DNA of 30,402 bases from a virus (IMGVR_UViG_3300017912_001693:1-30402), one strand, 5' to 3'. Numbered from the stretch's first letter, positions 9,460 through 15,754 are shown. Program-made: numbers and translations. Notes: generated from the letters alone by a model not told the origin.

Positions 9460-9749
9460 TTCTTACGAGCCTCCGTTTTCTTCTTCATCGCGTTGATGTA
9501 CTTACGATACACCGCCGCTGCGCCAGTCTTTTTTGCAACCCTGGCTCGCTGTTCCATTGCTATGGCAGCTTGAATCTTATGCGCGTGAGATCTCCCTGAT
9601 CGTTTGATCTTAGATACAGATGCCTCGGCATCCTTGGTGGTAGCAAACTTCAATCCGGTAATGGTGCCTTTCGGGTTCTCATCCGTGTAGAGATCCGAGT
9701 GTTTCTTAGACTTGGCTGGTTGCCCTGGCTTACGAGGTACACGCCTCAT
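9456..9749 (-). CDS. Small basic hypothetical protein
   Basis: 97 aa, HSDLYTDENPKGTITGLKF...AMEQRA; ATGA overlaps on both sides. Confidence 0.8.
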   Translation of the reverse strand: MRRVPRKPGQPAKSKKHSDLYTDENPKGTITGLKFATTKDAEASVSKIKRSGRSHAHKIQAAIAMEQRARVAKKTGAAAVYRKYINAMKKKTEARKK

Positions 9750-10015
9750 TTCTTAACCAGACCACCCTTCTTCATGAAACCCATCTTATTACGCACAGCG
9801 GTAGGCAGTTTCTTCAGACCCTTGCCCTTGGCTCCGGTTGGCACCGGCTTCAGCGACCCGCCGGCAGCTTTAGCCGCGTACTTCTTAGATTTGCGTTTAG
9901 TGCCGTCTGCTCTCTTTACCATGCCTCTTGCCCTCGCTGATGCTAACTCAGTAGCACCTAGTTTTTTCCCGGCTCTGAGTTTTTTTCTAATGTTTGCTGC
10001 GCTAGGGGCAGTCAT
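9746..10015 (-). CDS. Small basic hypothetical protein
   Basis: 89 aa with KAAGGSL and terminal FMKKGGLVKK; ATGA overlaps. Confidence 0.8.
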   Translation of the reverse strand: MTAPSAANIRKKLRAGKKLGATELASARARGMVKRADGTKRKSKKYAAKAAGGSLKPVPTGAKGKGLKKLPTAVRNKMGFMKKGGLVKK

Positions 10016-10215
10016 GACCTATACCCACCACCAGCTTTCTTATATGCTGCGGCCAGCATCTGAGCTTTCCTAGCAGACCACTGACCTGGCTTGCCACCCT
10101 TTGACCCAGCTTTAATTCTGTTAAATTGACGCTTACGCATTTCAGGTTTGGTATAGTTACCAGCCTCGTTAACTCGGCTCTTCGTCTTCTTCTTCCTCGT
10201 CGTCTTCGCTGGCAT
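10012..10215 (-). CDS. Small basic conserved phage protein
   Basis: NYTKPEMRKR...GGKPGQWSARKAQMLAAAYKKAGGGY; alternative ATGs at 10218 and 10227. Confidence 0.75.
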   Translation of the reverse strand: MPAKTTRKKKTKSRVNEAGNYTKPEMRKRQFNRIKAGSKGGKPGQWSARKAQMLAAAYKKAGGGYRS

Positions 10216-10828
10216 CATACCCCCCATGAAAATTATCGTAGATCGTATCTAGCTCTCTAAAGTCCTCTGACTCTGAAGAGAACTGCCGGTGAATAGGCTC
10301 GAAATCAGGTCGCTCACCACCAAGCTCGAAAAAAGCAGGGTCGTAAAACTGACTACGATTATTAGGAACGCCGACAACGCGACCACAATTAAGTTTGCAT
10401 AGATGAGTAATTTTATTTTGTCGATGATCGTCAGCGTACTGGCTATTAAAGTAGTCAAGCGAGAACCAGTACCTTCCTTCATGCTTTTCACCATTAATCA
10501 ACGCGAACATCGGTAGATCGCGAAACATGTCAAAACGCACCACGGAGAAATTAAACGAGGCGCAGTCCCAAGGCTGGATCTCATAGTCAGACCAATCGTC
10601 ATCACACTCTTTGGTCACTATGGCCCGTAAAGGCATTCGACTCCAACCATACCCACCGTAACCAGGTTCAGTAAAGCAAACCTGGAAACTTAACTGCCTT
10701 CCCATGTAACTCGTTACAGCATGGACAAAACCACTAAGGTATTCTCCGTGTCCTCTCTTATCCCCCGTAGTATACTCACGGCGAATAAGCACCCGTTCAA
10801 ACGGGATGTTCTCTGTGAGAAGAGACAT
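10169..10828 (-). CDS. Conserved hypothetical phage protein
   Basis: 219 aa, globular composition (WSRMPLRAIV, QPWDC, PNNR) with an acidic tail; TAATG coupling to the upstream gene. Confidence 0.8.
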   Translation of the reverse strand: MSLLTENIPFERVLIRREYTTGDKRGHGEYLSGFVHAVTSYMGRQLSFQVCFTEPGYGGYGWSRMPLRAIVTKECDDDWSDYEIQPWDCASFNFSVVRFDMFRDLPMFALINGEKHEGRYWFSLDYFNSQYADDHRQNKITHLCKLNCGRVVGVPNNRSQFYDPAFFELGGERPDFEPIHRQFSSESEDFRELDTIYDNFHGGYDASEDDEEEEDEEPS

Positions 10829-11010
10829 TAGTATTTAGCCATTTTACCTTTTCTGGCAGTCATGGTTTTTTTCTTCTTCATCGCAGTACCACCACCCATT
10901 TTTTTCATGGTGGTTTTCTTGGTCATCATTTTTTTACCTGAATGTACTGGCATTTTCTTCATTCCCCCTTTTCTAGCGCCCACTCTATTGGGCAGGTTAA
11001 TCACTGGCAT
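10828..11010 (-). CDS. Lys/Met-rich small protein (60 aa)
   Basis: MPVINLPNRVGARKGGMKK...; start moved from track position 11058 to ATG 11010 (GAGG upstream) because the upstream part belongs to the Cys-rich ORF. Confidence 0.7.
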   Translation of the reverse strand: MPVINLPNRVGARKGGMKKMPVHSGKKMMTKKTTMKKMGGGTAMKKKKTMTARKGKMAKY

Positions 11011-11095
11011 CTTCTGCCTCTCTACTGTGACACTCACATTTGCACACAGATTCATCACAGTTAACTTCTACGCAGCTATCACACCTATCTGTCAT
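10997..11095 (-). CDS. Cys-rich metallothionein-like peptide (32 aa)
   Basis: Not in the track. MTDRCDSCVEVNCDESVCKCECHSREAEDASD; ATGA overlap with the upstream gene, GGAGG SD. Confidence 0.6.
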   Translation of the reverse strand: MTDRCDSCVEVNCDESVCKCECHSREAEDASD

Positions 11096-11382
11096 AGCAC
11101 AGGGCCTCCCTCGTTCCATTTGGTTCGATGCGCCCAGTATTTAGCAGACAACTTAGTTTTTGGTGCAGCGCCGTGCCGAGCATAGTAAGATTTCTTTCTA
11201 GCCTTATCCTTGGCTGTTTTAGGGTTTTTACCAGCACCACGCACACCCTGTTGTCCGAAACGGATCAGCTTGACCTTATCACCTTCTTTTGCTAGAACAG
11301 CATGACTCTTAGTTTTATGCTTTGGGGTACGTTTAGGTTTGTTATATCCAGAAAACGTCTCACCCCTTACAGTGATAGCCAT
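11092..11382 (-). CDS. Small basic conserved protein, first gene of the leftward operon
   Basis: 96 aa, GYNKPKRTPKH...KLIRFGQQG...ARKKSYYARH...SAKYWA, ending WNEGGPVL. Confidence 0.8.
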   Translation of the reverse strand: MAITVRGETFSGYNKPKRTPKHKTKSHAVLAKEGDKVKLIRFGQQGVRGAGKNPKTAKDKARKKSYYARHGAAPKTKLSAKYWAHRTKWNEGGPVL

Positions 11383-11391
11383 GCGTCCCTC

Positions 11392-11430
11392 AAAAAAAGT
11401 AGGGGCTACCCGTCGATATGAAACGCCCCT
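11392..11430 (-). terminator. Intrinsic-terminator-like hairpin directly upstream of the first late RBS
   Basis: Minus strand AGGGGC-GTTTCATATCGACGGGTA-GCCCCT-AC-TTTTTTT, then GAGGGACGC-ATG. Confidence 0.5.
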
Positions 11431-11531
11431 TTAAAAATAGTTTCTGCAATCACCAAACCAGAATAGGTTAAACTTGCACACCCAAGCCCCGCAAGACAGA
11501 GATACACAAGCCAACGGGTAATTTACGAAGC

Positions 11532-11560
11532 ATTATACACTATATAATTTTAAATGTCAA
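11532..11560 (-). promoter_or_regulatory. Sigma70-type leftward promoter
   Basis: Perfect TTGACA-17-TATAAT; shares TTTTTACTTGACA with the capsid promoter. Confidence 0.85.
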
Positions 11561-11708
11561 GTAAAAAGTTTATATATTAGCAAAATATCTGTATCTGTAC
11601 AAGAGTTTTATGCCGTAGTTGGCTGAGAATAACTTTATATTATATATAATCTTATATTTAATATAATTTATTAATAAATACAATTCCCCTCGTAAATCAT
11701 ATATCAGA

Positions 11709-11760
11709 TTTGATACTTCGTTTTGATACTTCGTATCAATCTAATACAAAGATTGTATCA
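11709..11760. repeat. TGATAC repeat cluster (13-bp tandem repeat plus inverted repeat)
   Basis: TTTGATACTTCGT at 11709-11721 and 11722-11734; TTGATAC-TTC-GTATCAA at 11723-11739; another GTATCA at 11755-11760. Confidence 0.8.
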
Positions 11761-11780
11761 TATATAAATTAAAAAGTCAA
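11752..11780 (-). promoter_or_regulatory. Second leftward sigma70-type promoter
   Basis: TTGACT-17-TACAAT with an extended -10 TG. Confidence 0.65.
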
Positions 11781-12108
11781 GCAAAAAACACATATATGAG
11801 ATAACTTTTTTGGTAAACATAATTCTGTACAGATAAATACCGGGTTACCCGCCCCATGTGTTGACATTGATTTTTTAGAATTTTGCATAATGACGTAACG
11901 CATACCACCCAGGGGCCAGGTGGCGACCGCCCCGGCCTAGGCATTTTGAAGGTTTGAGGGTTTTAGGGCCAGGCCGGCGACCCTTTTTTTATTATTAGGG
12001 CCGGCCGGGGTCTCCGAGGCTATTCCAGGGCCAGGAATTAGGGTTTTTTTCGACACAAAACAGGCCGACCCCGTCTCTTGCTAGATAGTACACCCACAAC
12101 CCTATTTG

Positions 12109-12148
12109 CCGACCAGGTAACCGACCAGGTAACCGACCAGGTAACCGA
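12109..12148 (+). repeat. Tandem 12-bp repeat CCGACCAGGTAA x3
   Basis: Three exact copies at 12109-12144 plus CCGA; a degenerate copy (CACCAGGTAGCCG) near 12157-12169. Confidence 0.9.
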
Positions 12149-12319
12149 AAACGGCTCACCAGGTAGCCGCGTCCTTTGGTTGTATTTCTAACTAACTTAT
12201 TGAAAACAAACAAAACCGAAAATTTTTTTCCAAAAAACTAAAAAAAAATCTTGACAGGTTTTCGGATGGTAGAATATCAAATCCTTAGTTTCGTCAATCT
12301 AACCAAATGGAGAGAGATC

Positions 12320-13219
12320 ATGACCAAGAAAGCATTCAAAACCACCAAAGAGCTTCAAGCCGACGTTGCCAATGCGGTGATCGCCCAAATGCAAACCCAC
12401 GGCACAGACTGGTTGAAGTCATGGCAAGGCGTTGCCGGTATGAACCCTCTGAGCATGTCCACCGGTAAGAATTACCAGGGCATCAACTGGGTCATTCTCA
12501 ACATGTACCGCACTGCGCGAGGCTATTCTTCTCACCAATGGGCTACGTTCAAACAGTGGAAGACCCGTGGCGCCTCAGTCAGGAAAGGTGAGAAAGGCGT
12601 TGGCGTGGTTTTCTATAAGTCAATCACGATTGAAGACAAAGAGACCGGCGAGGAAAAATCTATTCCAATGCTCAAGTTTTACACCGTGTTTAACTCCGAG
12701 CAAGTTGACGGATACACAGACGAAACCCCGGCGTTTGTTCCGCGTAATGATGTTAGCGTCGCGGATGAGTTTACCGCGCAGTGTGGCGCCAAGGTTCAAA
12801 ACGTAGACTTAGCCTCCGCCCATTACGCTCCAGGGCCGGACCATATCAATATGCCCTATCTCCAACAATTCGACACACCGGAAGATTACCAGGCAACATT
12901 GTTGCATGAGTTGACCCATTGGACCGGTCACAAGTCTCGCCTGGATCGCTTCTATAAAAACGAAGACCGCACCAAAGACTACGCGATGGAAGAATTGGTG
13001 GCTGAATTAGGTTCCGCCATGTTGTGCGGGTCTTTGGAAATATCTTCCACGCCTCGCGTCGACCATGCCAAATATCTTAATAATTGGATGCAGGCGCTCA
13101 AGAATGACCCCGGCGTCATCTTCAAGGCCGCCGCCGCCGCCGCCAAAGCCACCGACTATCTGGTGGCCCTGGCCAACGAAACTAAGGCCGACGCCGCCAA
13201 GGTTCAGCAAATCGCTTGA
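12320..13219 (+). CDS. ardC: ArdC-family antirestriction protein (ssDNA-binding domain + zincin-like metallopeptidase)
   Basis: TGKNYQGIN, WATFKQWK..GASVRKGEKG, YTVFNSEQVDG, LLHELTHWTGHKSRLDR, YAMEELVAELGSA. Start ATG 12320 after GGAGAG, not the track TTG at 12251. Confidence 0.9.
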   Translation: MTKKAFKTTKELQADVANAVIAQMQTHGTDWLKSWQGVAGMNPLSMSTGKNYQGINWVILNMYRTARGYSSHQWATFKQWKTRGASVRKGEKGVGVVFYKSITIEDKETGEEKSIPMLKFYTVFNSEQVDGYTDETPAFVPRNDVSVADEFTAQCGAKVQNVDLASAHYAPGPDHINMPYLQQFDTPEDYQATLLHELTHWTGHKSRLDRFYKNEDRTKDYAMEELVAELGSAMLCGSLEISSTPRVDHAKYLNNWMQALKNDPGVIFKAAAAAAKATDYLVALANETKADAAKVQQIA

Positions 13220-13304
13220 GGTTCTTACAATGGGCCGGGGTTGTATCAGACCTCGGCCTATGATAAGACCCTTAACCAACCAACCAACCAAACGGAGAGA
13301 CACC
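13217..13304 (+). repeat. Intergenic hairpin-RBS element, copy 1
   Basis: TGA-GGTTCTTA-caa-TGGGCCGGGG-ttgtatcaga-CCTCGGCCTA-tga-TAAGACC-ctt-(AACC)n-AAACGGAGAGA-cacc-ATG. Confidence 0.9.
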
Positions 13305-13562
13305 ATGAAAATCACCCAAGAAAAATACGGCGACCGCATCATGTTGTACGCGGGGGACTACACTATCCCGTGCTATGGCGAGCTTGACCAAACCGCCTCT
13401 ATCTCGGTTGAGTTCTATGAATATTTCGGGCCTTTGCATGACACCGTGCATAAGCAAAAGATTAAGAAACCTAGCGGCGCGGCTACATGGTCCGATGTTT
13501 TGAAACACCTTGTCGAAAAACGTCTTTTTGATCTGTGCGATATTGGTGCCTTATCAGCTTAG
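13305..13562 (+). CDS. Hypothetical early protein (85 aa)
   Basis: MKITQEKYGDRIML...; SD comes from repeat 1, and its stop TAG is the first triplet of repeat 2. Confidence 0.85.
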   Translation: MKITQEKYGDRIMLYAGDYTIPCYGELDQTASISVEFYEYFGPLHDTVHKQKIKKPSGAATWSDVLKHLVEKRLFDLCDIGALSA

Positions 13563-13641
13563 GTTCTTGAGGCTGGGGCAGGGTTGTCATATCCTGCCTC
13601 AGAACAAGACCCTTAACCAACCAACCAAACGGAGAGAGACC
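13560..13641 (+). repeat. Intergenic hairpin-RBS element, copy 2
   Basis: TAG-GTTCTTG-agg-CTGGGGCAGGG-ttgtcata-TCCTGCCTCAG-aa-CAAGACC-ctt-(AACC)n-AAACGGAGAGAG-acc-ATG. Confidence 0.9.
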
Positions 13642-13863
13642 ATGATTGAAGAGTTCAAAAAGGGTGATGAGGTCATTGTTAAAATTGGAAAGTCCTCTGA
13701 TAGAGAACTACAACAACTATCTAAAAAATTCGGTGATACTGCCAGCGGTGTAGTTATAGGACAAACTGGTAAAATCGTTATGATAAAAACTAATAAAGGA
13801 CAAATAAATCCTTTTATAAAAGATGTTATGAAAGAAGAAATTGGCCCGGCTTCCGGTGACTAG
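13642..13863 (+). CDS. Hypothetical early protein (73 aa, AT-rich, possibly SH3/KOW-like beta fold)
   Basis: MIEEFKKGDEVIVKIG...GVVIGQTGKIVMIKT; bounded exactly by repeats 2 and 3. Confidence 0.85.
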   Translation: MIEEFKKGDEVIVKIGKSSDRELQQLSKKFGDTASGVVIGQTGKIVMIKTNKGQINPFIKDVMKEEIGPASGD

Positions 13864-13942
13864 GTTCTTGATGATGGGCCGGGGTTGTCTTACTCTGGCC
13901 CATAACAAGACCCTAGAAACCAACCAACCAACGGAGAGAGAC
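13861..13942 (+). repeat. Intergenic hairpin-RBS element, copy 3
   Basis: TAG-GTTCTTG-atg-ATGGGCCGGGGT-tgtctt-ACTCTGGCCCAT-aa-CAAGACCCTA-ga-(AACC)n-AACGGAGAGAG-ac-ATG. Confidence 0.9.
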
Positions 13943-14296
13943 ATGGACAAGATCACCACCGACAACCAACTTGACGCCTACTGCTTGGACCTTGCCAAGA
14001 GTATCGTTGAGGAAACTAAGGATCAGGAGCGCCGCCGAGATTTGGCCCACGAATTTGCCGATCAATCAGAGCATGTGATCTATTATGGCAATGCCCATTC
14101 AATCTGCCAGCATTGCGATATTAGTAACGGCGAGGATTTTTTCGACGAGTGTTACGATCACGGGCCGATCAAGAGCTATGACGAGATCGCGACCATCATG
14201 GCCTATGGTGAAATGCAGTCCCGAATTTTATCGGCGTTAGATAAGATCGAGGAAGAGGCCGACGATGACCTTGAGGAGGAGGCCGACAATGACTGA
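13943..14296 (+). CDS. Ocr-like (T7 gp0.3-like) acidic DNA-mimic antirestriction protein
   Basis: 117 aa with about 33 D/E against 9 K/R; DLAHEFADQSEHVIYY resembles T7 Ocr DAIHMAADNAVPHYY (recalled); acidic C-terminal tail; early position. Confidence 0.65.
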   Translation: MDKITTDNQLDAYCLDLAKSIVEETKDQERRRDLAHEFADQSEHVIYYGNAHSICQHCDISNGEDFFDECYDHGPIKSYDEIATIMAYGEMQSRILSALDKIEEEADDDLEEEADND

Positions 14297-14423
14297 GGCG
14301 GTGTGGACGACACTGCTCGCGGGTTTGGTAGGGTTTATGCTCTACCTAGCCGCCGCCTGGGTTGCCCAAGATATGTTTCCGGCGGATGTTTTAATTCTGC
14401 AACAATCGGAAACCTTGTCATGA
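14289..14423 (+). CDS. Small membrane protein (44 aa)
   Basis: Not in the track. MTEAVWTTLLAGLVGFMLYLAAAWVAQDMFPADVLILQQSETLS; GGAGG SD; overlaps both neighbours. Confidence 0.7.
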   Translation: MTEAVWTTLLAGLVGFMLYLAAAWVAQDMFPADVLILQQSETLS

Positions 14424-14527
14424 CTGAGGCGCTTGGAGTAATCTTAGTCATTGGGTTGACTGCTTCCGTAATTTGGTTAGCCGTTGACCAACTGCAATCT
14501 ATCATCAGAGGAGAGTTCAACCAATGA
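14420..14527 (+). CDS. Small membrane protein (35 aa)
   Basis: MTEALGVILVIGLTASVIWLAVDQLQSIIRGEFNQ; ATGA coupling at both ends. Confidence 0.7.
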   Translation: MTEALGVILVIGLTASVIWLAVDQLQSIIRGEFNQ

Positions 14528-14640
14528 AAACGCCAACCTATAACAAGAAGGCCGTGGATGCGGCAATCAAACGCGACCCCCGTATCAAACCGAAAGAGGC
14601 TAAGGCTATTCACGCCTTGTTAAAAGGCCGCCGGGGCTAG
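14524..14640 (+). CDS. Small basic early protein (38 aa)
   Basis: Not in the track. MKTPTYNKKAVDAAIKRDPRIKPKEAKAIHALLKGRRG; GAGGAG SD; its stop TAG begins repeat 4. Confidence 0.75.
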   Translation: MKTPTYNKKAVDAAIKRDPRIKPKEAKAIHALLKGRRG

Positions 14641-14714
14641 GTTCTTGAAGCTGGGGCGGGGTTAATATACTCTGCCCCAGAACAAGACCCTACAACCAAA
14701 AACGGAGAGAGAAG
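14638..14714 (+). repeat. Intergenic hairpin-RBS element, copy 4
   Basis: TAG-GTTCTTG-aag-CTGGGGCGGGGT-taatat-ACTCTGCCCCAG-aa-CAAGACCCTA-caaccaaa-AACGGAGAGAG-aag-ATG. Confidence 0.9.
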
Positions 14715-15008
14715 ATGACGGAAGATAATGTGGCAAACCCCGACAAAAAAACCGTGGGTGACCTAGCCTTTGATGACATGGTGACCAAAGTTTTACAGAC
14801 CAATTGGTCATTCGTTCAACGGTTAGTGCGTAATGCGATGAGCGACGTTGAGGGTGATGCGGACTGCACTCAGGAAATAGGTTACCTTTCGAGGTCTGCG
14901 CTTTGGTGTGTGCTAGAGGACCTGATGGACGCAGAACAGGCGCTTGAAAAGATTGAAAAGTTCCAACAGAAGTTTGACATGACCCAGACGGAGAGTGGAG
15001 ATGAATAA
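14715..15008 (+). CDS. Hypothetical early protein (97 aa)
   Basis: Starts at the RBS of repeat 4; acidic, helical composition. Confidence 0.8.
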   Translation: MTEDNVANPDKKTVGDLAFDDMVTKVLQTNWSFVQRLVRNAMSDVEGDADCTQEIGYLSRSALWCVLEDLMDAEQALEKIEKFQQKFDMTQTESGDE

Positions 15009-15300
15009 ATATAAATCGTACCTAATCTTCCCCAAGGCTATCCAACAATTCAAATCGAAGTGGCCGGCCAATGGGTTTGACGAGGAATTGCACACCATTC
15101 GCTTTGAACTGGATGCCGGCGACAATCTGGTTGACATTGAGTTTCAAGACTACGATACCAACCCTCTTGATGATGAGGCGTTTGACGACTACGCCATTGG
15201 CGCACTGATCGAAGACGCTATCATCTATGGCTTAAACGTAGGCGAGAACCGGTTCAATAGGTTCTATGTGTTCAACCGGTATCATGTGGGAGATAAATAA
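15001..15300 (+). CDS. Hypothetical acidic early protein (99 aa)
   Basis: ATG 15001 after ACGGAGAG; TAATG coupling to the next gene. Confidence 0.75.
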   Translation: MNKYKSYLIFPKAIQQFKSKWPANGFDEELHTIRFELDAGDNLVDIEFQDYDTNPLDDEAFDDYAIGALIEDAIIYGLNVGENRFNRFYVFNRYHVGDK

Positions 15301-15539
15301 TGCAGATCGCTTTCGTTGGATATATGGACATTACGCGCGACGACCTTAAAACCTTAGCGAGGGAACATGAATTGCCAGTGATGGAGAAAGAGTCGCCGGA
15401 TGACTATGCAGTCCGCCTTTGCAATACAATCTTGGATCGCGCTATTCAAACATCTTGGACCGTTGTCGAGATATCAAACCATGAGGTAGATGAGACAAGC
15501 GATTTCGACGATGAGCGCACGGAGGGTGCGCGATGGTGA
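15300..15539 (+). CDS. Hypothetical protein (79 aa)
   Basis: GGAG SD; coupled to its neighbours. Confidence 0.7.
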   Translation: MQIAFVGYMDITRDDLKTLAREHELPVMEKESPDDYAVRLCNTILDRAIQTSWTVVEISNHEVDETSDFDDERTEGARW

Positions 15540-15721
15540 CCGATCTTTTCATCTATTTGTTTCTGTTCGTGATGCTGTTCGTTGTCGCAATCGTAATGGT
15601 GGAGCAGTACTACATCATTCGAGAGATCATGGACGACATCAAACTTGCGAACAGGGTCATCGAAGAAGCGGACAACAAGAATAGGTGCGACAGTTTGTCG
15701 CAGGCTAAACCGATTGAATAA
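15533..15721 (+). CDS. Small membrane protein (62 aa)
   Basis: N-terminal hydrophobic run LFIYLFLFVMLFVVAIVMV; GGAGG SD. Confidence 0.65.
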   Translation: MVTDLFIYLFLFVMLFVVAIVMVEQYYIIREIMDDIKLANRVIEEADNKNRCDSLSQAKPIE

Positions 15722-15754
15722 GCTGGACAGCTTCCTAAAAGACCCCCAACCTTT

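Noticed and set aside
11995-12213. 72-aa ORF with RLPG repeats
   Set aside because: An artefact of the 12-bp tandem DNA repeat in the non-coding junction.
12251-12275. TTGACA...TAGAAT as the early promoter
   Set aside because: The spacer is only 13 nt. A promoter near here is likely but the -10 cannot be assigned. The candidate at 11861-11891 has a 19-nt spacer and is also not called.
13065-13942. Extended track ORFs 13065-13562, 13510-13863 and 13841-14296 with similar N-terminal peptides (GRGC...NQPT)
   Set aside because: The similarity comes from translating through the non-coding repeat; true starts follow the GGAGAG RBS at 13305, 13642 and 13943.
13217-14714. Repeats as a CRISPR array
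   Set aside because: Repeats are about 80 nt and divergent, and the intervening sequences are whole genes of 220-700 nt; there is no cas operon.
13217-14714. Repeats as integron attC sites or intrinsic terminators
   Set aside because: No RYYYAAC/GTTRRRY boundary pair and no integron integrase in the window; no U-tract follows the hairpins on the + strand.
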